This document shows, in pieces, positions 20,607 to 31,200 of a stretch of DNA of 64,000 nt. A program made the position numbers and the translations under genes. Positions within the stretch are counted from its first letter, which is position 1. Each line of letters starts with the position of its first letter. Source of the DNA: a virus (taxonomy: Duplodnaviria; Caudoviricetes). Below the pieces are notes generated by a model that worked only from the letters and a program-made list of their open reading frames with translations, made no database searches and had not been told where the DNA came from. The DNA lies in the IMG/VR virus record IMGVR_UViG_3300020598_000119; one strand, 5' to 3'.

Positions 20607-21842
20607 ATGGTTGTTATTGGCGCAAACGCTGTAAACAATACGTTGTTGATGACTGCGGCCAAACCTGCCATGCAGGCAATGCGAAATGCAGCACAATCTC
20701 AAAGAGGCGAGCAAGCTCGTGAAATTGCTGCTGAGGCCAGCAAAGGCAAACTAATGTCCGGTCTTCCGATTTTCGTGACGCTCGATGAAATTGTGGGGCC
20801 TGACGAAATCAAAGGTCATCTGGTTGTTGATACCTTTGGCGTAAAAGCAGGACAGCGCATAACCCTCAAACAGGCAGACGGACATACGTCCGAGCGCAAC
20901 TCACTAAAGACTGCAATTGCTGGCAACGACTGGGTCGCTCCGCTGGTCAAAGGTGACATCATTGGCTTCGAACGCGGATACGTTGAAAACAATAAAGTCA
21001 TGGTGGGTGCGGTAGCAGCTCGTGTTCACGACAAGCTTTTGGGCGAAGTGCAGGTCATGACCGCAATGACTCGACCAACCAAAGCCGTCGTAAACAAGAA
21101 AGGCGCTTTGCAGTCTGGGATAATAGCTGACGGCGCAAAAGCGATGGTCGTGAATTCAGTCGAAGGCCTTCGCGCCGCTTTTGATCGGATCAGAAGTGAG
21201 CGCTGGCCTGGAGGCAACCCAGGCTTCATCATCCGTGATAACGATGGACAGACCGACACCTTCTTTCAGACCTCAGAGAAGACAATCGATCACCTGATCG
21301 AGGATTTGATTCACGCAGACGTTGCCCCTGCTGCCGATTATTTACTCGAACTGATCCCAGCTTGGTCCCTTCCGATGGGCAAAGAACAGATCGTCAAGGA
21401 CGTAAACCCTAAGAATGAAACAGGCAAGGCCGTCGTTGGAAAATTCAGCTCCCAGTACATGACAGGAAATGAACTCGGCTTTCTACCATCACTGGTGATT
21501 GTATCAATGGAAGAGGAGTGGGCATTTGGAGGCAAAACCGGAAAAATAATTCCAGTTATCTCTTCAATGGCACCTGTCTTCAAACGTGAAGCGGTTAGTG
21601 CAGGGCGTCTTCCAACAAGCAAACGTGCGTATGGTGGAACTCCGAACACAATCCTGAAGCTCTATGACGACGAAGCCCTGAAGCGTATGAACTTCGAACG
21701 CATCAATCGTCGTGGCTATGAAAATCCGGAACCTTCCAGGTCCTCATCGTCAGGTCGGAAGTACGACACGCCTTCAGGTGGTCAGAATGACGATGACGAA
21801 TATGGCCGTCCATCTCCAAGAATGTCTTTCGGCCGGAGATAA
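20607..21842 (+). CDS. Hypothetical protein
   Basis: 411-aa ORF with SD GGAG; ends PSPRMSFGRR. Confidence 0.8.
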   Translation: MVVIGANAVNNTLLMTAAKPAMQAMRNAAQSQRGEQAREIAAEASKGKLMSGLPIFVTLDEIVGPDEIKGHLVVDTFGVKAGQRITLKQADGHTSERNSLKTAIAGNDWVAPLVKGDIIGFERGYVENNKVMVGAVAARVHDKLLGEVQVMTAMTRPTKAVVNKKGALQSGIIADGAKAMVVNSVEGLRAAFDRIRSERWPGGNPGFIIRDNDGQTDTFFQTSEKTIDHLIEDLIHADVAPAADYLLELIPAWSLPMGKEQIVKDVNPKNETGKAVVGKFSSQYMTGNELGFLPSLVIVSMEEEWAFGGKTGKIIPVISSMAPVFKREAVSAGRLPTSKRAYGGTPNTILKLYDDEALKRMNFERINRRGYENPEPSRSSSSGRKYDTPSGGQNDDDEYGRPSPRMSFGRR

Positions 21843-22303
21843 TGATGGAATTGAGCGACACGTCGGAAACCGAGATCGATGATTATACGACTGGCTACTG
21901 CCATGTGCTCGCTATTGCCATTCATGAGCTAACAGGCTGGGAAATGCTCGTCATCCTCGACGATGGCGAGCCGCACTGGATAGACCCCGATGACGATGCC
22001 AACTACATCGCGTCTGCATGCCACGTATTTTGCGTAGATGACGAGGGAATGGCTTGGGACATTCGAGGTCGTCGTCCATTGGCCGAAGTCAAGGATGAAA
22101 TGGAGAATTGGCTTCACATCCAATCCTACTCAGAGGACACATTGAAGTCCGCTGCAGAACTGATCGAAATCTATGTGGATGATGAGTGTGATTTAGAAGT
22201 CGACCGACCGCTTGCGTCTTACTCAGCTTCCAAGCTGGAGGATGCGAAAGTCATCGCACAAAGGTTGCTCGATCAGTTCAACACAGCACCAGCATTGAAG
22301 TGA
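21842..22303 (+). CDS. Hypothetical protein, possible Cys-His-Asp (papain/transglutaminase-like) fold
   Basis: YTTGYCHVLA...CHVFC...WDIRG. Confidence 0.55.
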   Translation: MMELSDTSETEIDDYTTGYCHVLAIAIHELTGWEMLVILDDGEPHWIDPDDDANYIASACHVFCVDDEGMAWDIRGRRPLAEVKDEMENWLHIQSYSEDTLKSAAELIEIYVDDECDLEVDRPLASYSASKLEDAKVIAQRLLDQFNTAPALK

Positions 22304-22328
22304 AAGGGCGCTTGAAGCGCCCTTTTTG
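22303..22328. terminator. Bidirectional intrinsic terminator
   Basis: AAAGGGCGC-TTGAA-GCGCCCTTTTT. Confidence 0.8.
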
Positions 22329-22331
22329 ATG

Positions 22332-22892
22332 TCACATCTTCAGCGTGGAAACCGCTTCAGGTTCAGGCTCGTTAGCCGCGACCGAAATTGGTTCCAACTG
22401 TAGCTTCAGGTAATCGCCACCGTCGTTGACATAGCGGCCGAAACTAGCTTCGTCGGCATAAAGTCCCTTGCCTACCCTATGCGCATAATCATCATCGTAG
22501 TGGGCAAGGTGTTGAGGGTTCTTTTCAGCATTTTCGTGAGTGAATTCCTTAAGCTGTGCCTTAGAAATATGAAGGGACACAGGGGGTTCTCTGCCAACGA
22601 AGCAGGCAGCCTCATTCGTTTTGCTACCACTTGCCTGCCCGTTTACCAGCCAAGTCAAATCATGTGCATGAGTGGCATAAAGAACTGATCGAGCGGTAAT
22701 CACACCGTATTCACGACCTTCGAATGGTACGGCAATGACCTTCTCGCCACGGCCGCCTTTGATGCGACCTTTGAAACTAAAATGACGATCCTCCAAACGG
22801 ATCGGAGCGTCGGAAATGGTAATACCAAGACCGTGATCCTCAGAGAGTTTTTCGACATATGCGCGCAGTTGCGATTGAGTGAATTTTGTCAT
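22332..22892 (-). CDS. Hypothetical protein
   Basis: About 186-aa ORF ending EPEPEAVSTLKM. Confidence 0.7.
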   Translation of the reverse strand: MTKFTQSQLRAYVEKLSEDHGLGITISDAPIRLEDRHFSFKGRIKGGRGEKVIAVPFEGREYGVITARSVLYATHAHDLTWLVNGQASGSKTNEAACFVGREPPVSLHISKAQLKEFTHENAEKNPQHLAHYDDDYAHRVGKGLYADEASFGRYVNDGGDYLKLQLEPISVAANEPEPEAVSTLKM

Positions 22893-22946
22893 TTGAATAT
22901 TCCAAGTTTTCAATCAGATTGAGCGCTGAAGTCGCAACCAACAAGC

Positions 22947-24584
22947 CTATCCTCTAGCAAAGAGCTTAGCGATATCCTCATTTTTCAAAAACGCGACGGT
23001 AGGCCTGCCATGGTTGCAGTATGAAGCATTGGGGGTCGCCTCGATTTCACGGAGCAACAGATCAGCTCGTTCCGGTGTCAGATCATCACCAGCCTTGATC
23101 GCCGCCTTACAGGCCGCTGTAGCCAACTTCTCCCACAGCGCCTCTTTCAAAGCGCCAGCGCCAACACCATCGACCGCACAGCGAACGACCAGAGTGACAA
23201 GCGACTTCGGCGAGACATCGGCTAGGACACTTGGCACCGAGATCAGTTGGACAATGTCTCCAACGACGCGTGTCTTGAAGCCAAGTTCACCGTACACCTC
23301 AGCCGCTTCATCAACACAGGCTGCATCCGAGAATGAGACATTCATTGAGACAGGCTCTGGATAGACGAACGCAGGGATCGTGATGCCATCCATGTGCTGC
23401 TTCAAACGCTCCAGAATGACCCGCTCATGGGCGGCATGCTGGTCAATGATGACAATGCCATCTGCGGTCTCGGATATCAGCCACGAGCCATTCGTCTGGC
23501 CAACAAACTGTCCGAGCGGCAGACGACGGCGATCATCAACTCCAATGTCGTTCTCTGTGGCAAGCGTACGAGCGAGATCGGGAAGAGAGACTGGCGAACG
23601 CAGTCCGGAATGATCGAGCGCGTGCTCAACTGCCTGTCTCACGGCCGCCGCCACATCGCTCGGTCGCATGAAACGCACCTCAGCCTTCCGTGGGTGAACA
23701 TTGATGTCGACCAGGCTGGAAGGAAGGGTGATGGCAATGTAGGCCTGCGGGTGCCTTCCAGGGCCGATCAAGGAGGCATAGGCGGCCTGAACAGCAGCCT
23801 TCAGCATCTTGTCGGCAACAGGGCGTCCGTTTACTGAGAGACGAATGCCGGATGCGTCAGAGCGCGCAGCAGTAGGGATGCAGGTGACACCGTCGATACG
23901 CATATCACCGACCTGATGAGCCACTTCAATACCGTTCCCTTGGAAATCCTTGCCCAGAACGTCAGCGCAGCGATCCTTGATGCTCTCACGTGCCTGATAG
24001 CGCCCCTCGGTGCCATTGACCGTAAAACGGAAGTCGACATTCGGAAAACAGAGCGCAGTCGCTGCCAAAACCTCTCGAATGGCGGCCGCCTCGGTCTTTG
24101 CCGATTTCTGGAATTTCTGTCGAGCTGGATGCCGTGCAAAGAGATCTGAGACCTCCACAATTGTACCGTATTGCCCAGCTGAAGGTCGTGGGCCTTGCAG
24201 AACTCCATGACGGCTTGTCATCACAAATGCGCAGTCCATATCGGCCGTTCGAGAGATAATCGCGACATCTGCCACCGTGGCAATGGAAGGCAAAGCTTCT
24301 CCACGATAGCCCAACGTCGAAACTTTCAGGATGTCGTCATCCGTCAGTTTAGATGTTGCATGCCGATGCATCGAAAGGGCCAAATCCTCCACATCCATGC
24401 CGCGACCATTATCAAGCACCTTGATATGTTCAAGCGCTGGTCCACGAACCGAGACCGTGACCGATTTAGCGCCAGCATCGACAGCATTCTCAACGAGTTC
24501 TTTAACGACAGAAGCTGATCTCTCGACAACCTCGCCAGCAGCAATTCTGGATGAGATGTGAGGCTGCAAAACTCTTATTTTCAT
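22947..24584 (-). CDS. mutL: DNA mismatch repair endonuclease MutL (compact)
   Basis: IAAGEVVER, KELVENA, DNGRGM, LGYRGEAL, DQHAAHER, CNHGRP. Confidence 0.96.
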   Translation of the reverse strand: MKIRVLQPHISSRIAAGEVVERSASVVKELVENAVDAGAKSVTVSVRGPALEHIKVLDNGRGMDVEDLALSMHRHATSKLTDDDILKVSTLGYRGEALPSIATVADVAIISRTADMDCAFVMTSRHGVLQGPRPSAGQYGTIVEVSDLFARHPARQKFQKSAKTEAAAIREVLAATALCFPNVDFRFTVNGTEGRYQARESIKDRCADVLGKDFQGNGIEVAHQVGDMRIDGVTCIPTAARSDASGIRLSVNGRPVADKMLKAAVQAAYASLIGPGRHPQAYIAITLPSSLVDINVHPRKAEVRFMRPSDVAAAVRQAVEHALDHSGLRSPVSLPDLARTLATENDIGVDDRRRLPLGQFVGQTNGSWLISETADGIVIIDQHAAHERVILERLKQHMDGITIPAFVYPEPVSMNVSFSDAACVDEAAEVYGELGFKTRVVGDIVQLISVPSVLADVSPKSLVTLVVRCAVDGVGAGALKEALWEKLATAACKAAIKAGDDLTPERADLLLREIEATPNASYCNHGRPTVAFLKNEDIAKLFARG

Positions 24585-25015
24585 TAGGTGACCGGAAGCT
24601 TCGTGCAGTGGTCCTCAAACATCTTGAGCGATTTTATTACATCACGAGGAGCTACGCCCTTGGCAACGCAGGCCTCTTTAATTGCAACAACAAGCGCTCG
24701 TCCCCGATCCGTGCAGACAACGATAGCGTTTCGCTTATCCGAAGGATCTTGACGACGTTCGATAAAACCACCGTCCTGCAGTGACTTTAGGGCGTAAGAA
24801 GCGTTCGAACCGACATAGTGACCACGTTTGACCAGATCATTCACGCGAGCTTCATTTTCACCAACCGAAACCAAGAAAAGCAGGTTGGTAATCGACATAG
24901 TGTCGGCTGCATGCGCGATTAGAATTGGCTTGGAAAAATCCGCAAAGACACGCAAGCCGCGATCCATGGCAATCGCAACTTCCGACCAGTCAAATGGCTG
25001 TCTATTGTCGGACAT
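24584..25015 (-). CDS. MarR family transcriptional regulator (LdtR-like)
   Basis: RGHYVGSNASYALKSL, DKRNAIVVCTDRG wHTH. Confidence 0.85.
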   Translation of the reverse strand: MSDNRQPFDWSEVAIAMDRGLRVFADFSKPILIAHAADTMSITNLLFLVSVGENEARVNDLVKRGHYVGSNASYALKSLQDGGFIERRQDPSDKRNAIVVCTDRGRALVVAIKEACVAKGVAPRDVIKSLKMFEDHCTKLPVT

Positions 25016-25222
25016 TCATGATCCTTAATTCGACATCTTCACAATTAGGATCAAAGAAACAAACGGGATTGGCAACCGCCGGTGCCGGATTTACTTATAA
25101 ATAAGCCGAATTTCGACCTTTCAATCCCGATGGTTTTGTCAGGGCAATCCAAAAAAGCGAAACCCTGAGAGCAGCGTTTCAAGCACGCCTGTCTCAGGGG
25201 CCTATCTATTTCACGGCTGTCC

Positions 25223-27190
25223 TCACCCGAAGATATCTACATAATCGTCTTCGAACCCGAAGGCGAATGACTGAGAATTTCTGCTTACCACACCAATCTT
25301 TTGCTGCTCACAAAAAGGTGCAATCAGATACTCGAAATTCGACTGCTGGAGAAAAACTCCTTTAAAACCAGTAGTAGGTTTGGTGATTTCAAGAATTTTT
25401 CTCGGGCGCGTCACAGCGACATAAAGTACGCGCTTTTCTTCCTCGATTTCCTCGTAACCATTGGCGTAAGCCGATGGCATGTGGCCCTGAATAAAGGACG
25501 GAATATAAACGACGTCCCATTCCAGACCCTTCGCAGAATGCACAGTTGAAATGGTCACAGGGTTTTCTTCCTGCATTTCCCCTGTAATTTCCCGCTTTTT
25601 ATCAATCGAATAATCGAGCGACATAGTCGAGAGGAAGCTATCAAGGCTTTCTTGGCCTTCGGCGAGGCCGATTACGGCATTGATGTCGCTCTTGCGACTG
25701 CTCCAGTCGTCATAGCGAAGCTTGAACAGGTCCTCAACGACAGCCATAGCGCGTTCGAGTATTTCGACAGGTGGGCCGCCCGCTGCCAAAATCCGATATG
25801 CTTCCGAAATGGGGCCTGCATCTGGGCTTTTCTTGCACATATCCATGATGATTTCGCACGGATCACCGAGGAATGATTCCGAAACTGCGTCAGCAATCTT
25901 GTTGTAAACCTGAGACGCCTTTTTCTCGCCGACTGTGCGGGCCATCATCAGCACGCGAAGCCATGCGGGTTCATCCAACGGGTTGGCGGCACAACGAGCC
26001 ATGCAAAGCATGTCCTTAATGTGAGCCGCATCATTGATCTTGATACCGCCAGAGACCTTATATGGAATGCGACGTCGAACCAGTTCAGCTTCAATGTGTC
26101 GAGCCGTATTCATCGACCTAACAAGGATCGCCTGCTCCCCGAGGTCGACACCATCGTCCTTACGGTCGAGGATTTTGTCAGCGATGTATTTTGCCTCGGT
26201 CTCATAATCCACGACCTGAGTCATGATAGGAGTTTCACCGACAGCGCCTGGAGCTGGAAGCAGTTCACGATCAAAGCGCTCGCGCATGTCGCGGTCGACA
26301 GCGTTTGCAATCGAAAGGATTTCTTCCGTCGAGCGATAATTCGTGTTCAGCTTAATCGTCGTCGCATGTGGCCAACGCTCAATGAACTCAAACATCGTGC
26401 GAGGAGCAGCACCTCGGAATGCATAGATCGACTGCGCAGGATCACCAACGACCATGACGTTCGGGTTATCGCCACCGAGCTTCGCCACGATAGAGCACTG
26501 GATAGCATTCGAATCCTGATCTTCATCGACCAGAACATACCTGAAGCGTTTGCGCACAGCCTCTCCGATGGCCGGATGGTCCATCATGTTGTCCCACGCA
26601 ACCAGCAGGTCGTCGTAATCCAGAAGTCCGCGCGTGCGCTTGTAAGTCTTGTACTCGTCCGCACACTTCTGGAAGAAGTCGACGGCATAGGAAAATTCGG
26701 GGAAGCGGTCGTGGACCACATCGTCCAGCTGGCGCTTCGTATTGACCGAGAACGAATGAGCTTTTGCTAGGGCCGACCCCTTCGGCATGTTCTCATCCTT
26801 ACCACCAAGAGAGACGGCGATTTTCTTGAAAGCCGACGTCACATCGTCTGGATCAAGGAAGGTAGGCTTTTCAGGCAGACGGAACATGCGATGGTTTTCA
26901 AGAACCAGCCTGTGCGCAATCGAGTGATACGTGCCGCCAACGACGTCAACCGCTGCTGGTGTGATCCGCTTAGCGCGATCCAGCATGTTCTTGGCCGCAA
27001 AACGTGTAAAGGTCAGAAGCAAAATCGAGGAAGGCTCGATGCCCGCCTCGACAAGTGCCGCAACACGGCGAGACAAGACCGTGGTCTTGCCCGAACCTGC
27101 GCCAGCAACAACGAGATATGCGCCGTCAACCGCTTCGGCCGCCTGGCGCTGTTCCTTGTTCAGACCCTGAAGGATGTTCTCTCTGCCCAT
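25223..27190 (-). CDS. UvrD/Rep/PcrA family helicase
   Basis: AGAGSGKT, VDEDQD, GDPAQSIY, STVHSAKGLE, YVAVTR. Confidence 0.93.
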   Translation of the reverse strand: MGRENILQGLNKEQRQAAEAVDGAYLVVAGAGSGKTTVLSRRVAALVEAGIEPSSILLLTFTRFAAKNMLDRAKRITPAAVDVVGGTYHSIAHRLVLENHRMFRLPEKPTFLDPDDVTSAFKKIAVSLGGKDENMPKGSALAKAHSFSVNTKRQLDDVVHDRFPEFSYAVDFFQKCADEYKTYKRTRGLLDYDDLLVAWDNMMDHPAIGEAVRKRFRYVLVDEDQDSNAIQCSIVAKLGGDNPNVMVVGDPAQSIYAFRGAAPRTMFEFIERWPHATTIKLNTNYRSTEEILSIANAVDRDMRERFDRELLPAPGAVGETPIMTQVVDYETEAKYIADKILDRKDDGVDLGEQAILVRSMNTARHIEAELVRRRIPYKVSGGIKINDAAHIKDMLCMARCAANPLDEPAWLRVLMMARTVGEKKASQVYNKIADAVSESFLGDPCEIIMDMCKKSPDAGPISEAYRILAAGGPPVEILERAMAVVEDLFKLRYDDWSSRKSDINAVIGLAEGQESLDSFLSTMSLDYSIDKKREITGEMQEENPVTISTVHSAKGLEWDVVYIPSFIQGHMPSAYANGYEEIEEEKRVLYVAVTRPRKILEITKPTTGFKGVFLQQSNFEYLIAPFCEQQKIGVVSRNSQSFAFGFEDDYVDIFG

Positions 27191-27193
27191 AGA

Positions 27194-28021
27194 TTACCCC
27201 GTTACTGCTAGTGCAAACTTTCGTTCCGCGATCACTGGCTCGGCACCATCGACGAGGACATCTGCAAGGTTTTCGATCAACGACAAATTCGGAAGCTGAA
27301 CCTGTTCAACACTGGACCGCTCGATTGGACCAGTCGGACGATGTTTCTCAGGGATGCGAGCCAGCTCTTCGGCTGTCAGTTCTCTCATCACCTTCACGCG
27401 CCTTACGAAAGCGCCGCGCCGGAAATCTTCAGGGAAACCATCAAATTCCAACCCGCGAGCGGACATCATCTCGCGCTGTTCACGGGATGAACGCCCACTA
27501 AGTTCGTTGGGCGAACAGACCGAACGGGCTGCCATGCTGACAGCATTACGACGAGCATCCAGCTCACGCCAAAGGATCGCCTTGGCAGCCAAATCAAGTG
27601 TCGGAAAAGCGATAGCGCGACCGTCAAATGAGGGCAAACGATCACCAATCAGGTCAGGGAACAGTTCAAGGCCCTTCATGAGGAAGTGAGCCGTCACATG
27701 CGCAGCAAAGCGACTGGCCAACTTCTCGTACCGACCACTGCAAGGCAGTTCCTGATCTGGACTATAAAGCAGGAAGCTCATTTCATCTGATTGTGTGTAG
27801 CCGATCCGGCAGTTGAATTCCTCAACCGTAGACTTCGTTGCGTAGATCATCGCCGCTGAAATACGCGCGTCAAATGGCTTCACCGCATTCCGCGTGAACT
27901 TCGAAAAAGAAGCTCCGTCGACACGCACAACCATCGGCTCGCCAATGTTGGCTGCGCGAGCAGAATTCAATTTCTCATATGCCTTGATCTCATCACCAAG
28001 GACGTCGTCTACCTTGCTCAT
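27194..28021 (-). CDS. Thg1-like 3'-5' RNA polymerase (tRNA-His guanylyltransferase family)
   Basis: VRVDG..F.KFT, GYTQSDE, FDGR, WRE.DA.RN. Confidence 0.92.
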   Translation of the reverse strand: MSKVDDVLGDEIKAYEKLNSARAANIGEPMVVRVDGASFSKFTRNAVKPFDARISAAMIYATKSTVEEFNCRIGYTQSDEMSFLLYSPDQELPCSGRYEKLASRFAAHVTAHFLMKGLELFPDLIGDRLPSFDGRAIAFPTLDLAAKAILWRELDARRNAVSMAARSVCSPNELSGRSSREQREMMSARGLEFDGFPEDFRRGAFVRRVKVMRELTAEELARIPEKHRPTGPIERSSVEQVQLPNLSLIENLADVLVDGAEPVIAERKFALAVTG

Positions 28022-28175
28022 CACAATCTCCAAACACGGGCCAGGAAGACCCGTCATAAGCTTTTATTAAATCCCTCGAAAAAATAAAATTGTCAACTTA
28101 ATTGAGCTTGGTTTCTTGCGTTAAAATTCATAATTATTATCAGGCAAAAAATACGAAAAAAGCGAATGAAAGAAA

Positions 28176-30542
28176 ATGAGAAAGCTGATTATAACTCGTG
28201 GCCAGCCTGGTTCTGGCAAATCCCACGCCCTGAAGGCAATCGGAATGGAACAATGGACCCTGTCTGCCGACAATATTCGGTCGACAATCGCCGCCCCATT
28301 TCTGACGAGTGATGGTCAGATGATCGTCAATCAAGAGGTCTCAAGCCGCGCTTTCATGATGCTCAATCAATTCGCAGCCGAACGCATGTCGCGAGGCGAA
28401 ACGCTAGCGATTGACTCGACTCTCATCGAGCGCTCGAACTTGAAGAATTTGGCAGAGATGGCGAAGCCTCATCGCTATGAAATCGCCGTGCTCGACATGT
28501 CGACCATCCCGCTTGAGTTGACGCTCAAGCAAAACAGCGAGCGGCAGGAGATCAATCGAGTTTCTGAATTCAAAATTCGCGAGATGCATGCAAAACTATT
28601 GGAAGCTGGTATTCGAGATGATGTCGATGACGTCACCATCATTTATGGCAAGGAAGACGGTAGCCACATTGCTGAGCTGGATGCGTGGCTGCGTGAGCCT
28701 GTTCATGACTTCAGCGACCGCTACAAAGGCGTAATTCACATTGGCGATCTTCAAGGCTGCTTCACCGTTCTCGCGGGAGAGGGCGGCCCGCTGGCGAATG
28801 GATTTGACGACGACTACAAGTATGTCTTTGTAGGCGACCTGCTTGATCGTGGCATTGAAAACGGCCAGGTGATGCGCTGGTTCGTCGACAATGCTCTCCA
28901 CAGGGAAAACGTCACCCTTCTCTGGGGTAATCACGAAGACCATCTCGACCGCTGGGCGCGTGGTGAAGATGCCACAAGCGGTGAATTCGCCCTCAGAACG
29001 CTTCCGCAGCTTATCAAAGCAGGGATTACTCCTGCAGACGCTGAAGCCGTCTGTCAGAAGGCTAAGGAATTTCTCCAGTACAATTTTAAGGGTGCTGAGG
29101 TTCTCGTTACCCACGCTGGCTTAAGCACATTCCCAGATAAGCCTCATCTAATTTCGCTGTATCAATACTCCCATGGCACGGGCTATTGGGAAGATCCGAT
29201 TGATGAGCAGTTCGAGCGCAACAGCAAGAGAGGCTTCCAAGTTCACGGACACCGCAATCACGGCAACGTCGATATTGCGGCGACCGAACACTCGTTCAAT
29301 CTCGAAGACTCAGTCGAACACGGCGGCAATCTGCGAATTTGCACTCTCGATGGCAATGGCTGGAGCACCAGTGCATTCCGCAACTATGTCTATCGCCCGC
29401 TCAAGGAGCGCCTGGCTCTCGAAACCCAGATCACCGAAGTCAGAAAGGCCCAACGTAAAATGCTGCCTCATTGGATTATCAAGCCTGACGGCAAGTCGAC
29501 GGAAATGGATGCAAGCCTCCTGAAGTCTATGCACGAGCATGAAGGCGTTCGTGAAAAGTCGAGCGAACTTTTCCCGCACATATATTCGCTTAATTTCACT
29601 AAAAAAGTTTTTTACGACCGTTCATGGGATGATGTTGTCGTGAAGGCTCGTGGCCTGTTTATTGAACGAGAGACAAACAAAATCGTTTCTCGTGGCTATG
29701 AAAAATTTTGGAATGTGGGAGAACGTGAAGAAACTGAACTCACTAATCTCGCAAAGAACATGCAATTCCCGATCAGGCTTTACGTGAAATACAATGGCTT
29801 CCTTGGAAATATGGGGTACGACGAAAAAACCGACAGTCTCTTCATCGCCTCAAAATCTATGCCAGAGGGAAAATTTGCAGATTTCTTTAGAGATATTGTC
29901 GCACAACAGCTAACCAGCGTTCAGCAGGAAAAAATACGTCGATATCTTCGCGACACTGAATCGTCGATGACTTGGGAGGTTATTGATCCAGTAAATGACC
30001 CACACATGATCGAATATAACGAACCGAAAATAGTTCTGCTCGACATTATTCGACGTTCTGCGAATTTTGAGAAAGCAAGCTTTGATGTGGTTGAAGCCGT
30101 TGGCCGGAAATTCGGTATCGAAACGAAGAAACTGGCGATGACGTTCCAGAATGCCGCTGCCTTTGCTGGCTGGTACAGGAAGGCGACCACCGACATGAAC
30201 TACCGCGTCGGCGGGGAACATGTGGAAGGCTTGGTGATCGAAGACGCCGCTGGGTATATGACGAAGGTCAAACTGCCATTCTACGCGTTCTGGAAGCAGA
30301 TGCGTGGCGTGAAGGATCGTATCGTTGCATCCCGCGAAAAAGGGACGGAATTCACGTGGTCGCATACGCGGAAACCAGACGGTGGGCAGCCTGATGATAC
30401 TGAGATCGGGCTTGCTCATAGCTTCCGTGATTGGTGTCTGACGCAGGACAGCGACACATTGAAGGCCGATATCATTACTCTTCGCAAGGCTTACGAAGCA
30501 CATCTGGAATTCGGCCAGGACCTATCTGGCCCTTCGCTCTAA
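28176..30542 (+). CDS. Trifunctional RNA repair enzyme: polynucleotide kinase, metallophosphoesterase and Rnl1-type RNA ligase
   Basis: GQPGSGKS P-loop; GDLQG/GDLLDRG/GNHE/HAG/HGH; ligase KYNG (motif I), EGLVI (IV), KVK (V). Confidence 0.88.
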   Translation: MRKLIITRGQPGSGKSHALKAIGMEQWTLSADNIRSTIAAPFLTSDGQMIVNQEVSSRAFMMLNQFAAERMSRGETLAIDSTLIERSNLKNLAEMAKPHRYEIAVLDMSTIPLELTLKQNSERQEINRVSEFKIREMHAKLLEAGIRDDVDDVTIIYGKEDGSHIAELDAWLREPVHDFSDRYKGVIHIGDLQGCFTVLAGEGGPLANGFDDDYKYVFVGDLLDRGIENGQVMRWFVDNALHRENVTLLWGNHEDHLDRWARGEDATSGEFALRTLPQLIKAGITPADAEAVCQKAKEFLQYNFKGAEVLVTHAGLSTFPDKPHLISLYQYSHGTGYWEDPIDEQFERNSKRGFQVHGHRNHGNVDIAATEHSFNLEDSVEHGGNLRICTLDGNGWSTSAFRNYVYRPLKERLALETQITEVRKAQRKMLPHWIIKPDGKSTEMDASLLKSMHEHEGVREKSSELFPHIYSLNFTKKVFYDRSWDDVVVKARGLFIERETNKIVSRGYEKFWNVGEREETELTNLAKNMQFPIRLYVKYNGFLGNMGYDEKTDSLFIASKSMPEGKFADFFRDIVAQQLTSVQQEKIRRYLRDTESSMTWEVIDPVNDPHMIEYNEPKIVLLDIIRRSANFEKASFDVVEAVGRKFGIETKKLAMTFQNAAAFAGWYRKATTDMNYRVGGEHVEGLVIEDAAGYMTKVKLPFYAFWKQMRGVKDRIVASREKGTEFTWSHTRKPDGGQPDDTEIGLAHSFRDWCLTQDSDTLKADIITLRKAYEAHLEFGQDLSGPSL

Positions 30543-30576
30543 TTAAAGGCGGCGGTGTCACACGGATAGGAAGCAG

Positions 30577-31047
30577 ATGGATTTTAGTAGTTGGAATATG
30601 CGACGCAGGCTGATCGACAAAGATTTTCGTGCGGATTTGGAGGCCACCATTGAATGTGGGCCATTCGATGGTGGCTGCGTTATCGTTGCGCAGGCTCTAA
30701 AGGCAGTCATTGGCGGCGAAATTGTCGGTCTGGTAGACAAGGACGATGCAGTTGGTCATGCTGTCATTCTATTGGATGGAAAGCTTTGGGACTACGATGG
30801 CCCGATGCCGCCAGTGGCATTTATCGCGCGCTTCAATCGCCTTGAAGCTCCATGGAAATGCGTCGGATACCGGACGTTTCATGAAAATGATCTTGAATTA
30901 GCCTATCGCGATGACGAACTAGTCCGACGCTTGGTTAAATTATTTCGTCGAATGATGCCAGATTTGGCAAGGCAAAAAGTACAGTCATCCACTCTCGATG
31001 AAGAGTCACAACACACCGTTTACACGCCCAGGCTTGGGCCATCGTAA
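30577..31047 (+). CDS. Hypothetical protein, possible Cys-His-Asp fold
   Basis: DGGCVIVAQAL...GHAVI...WDYDG, resembles 21842..22303. Confidence 0.55.
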   Translation: MDFSSWNMRRRLIDKDFRADLEATIECGPFDGGCVIVAQALKAVIGGEIVGLVDKDDAVGHAVILLDGKLWDYDGPMPPVAFIARFNRLEAPWKCVGYRTFHENDLELAYRDDELVRRLVKLFRRMMPDLARQKVQSSTLDEESQHTVYTPRLGPS

Positions 31048-31200
31048 TGTTCACCCGTTTAATAATACGAATGAACTCGAATCATTTCGCTAGGTCGCCA
31101 AGACCACATCTATTGTTGATGTTGAAAACACCCATCTTTTGGATGCCGGTGGCGAACTGTTGTATGTTCGCAACGAATATTCAAACAAAGGCTTCATATC

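Noticed and set aside
28166-28200. Out-of-frame ATG AAA GAA AAT GAG AAA overlapping the Pnkp-ligase start as a possible Lys/Glu sensor
   Set aside because: No SD and no alternative structures; explained by the A-rich leader.
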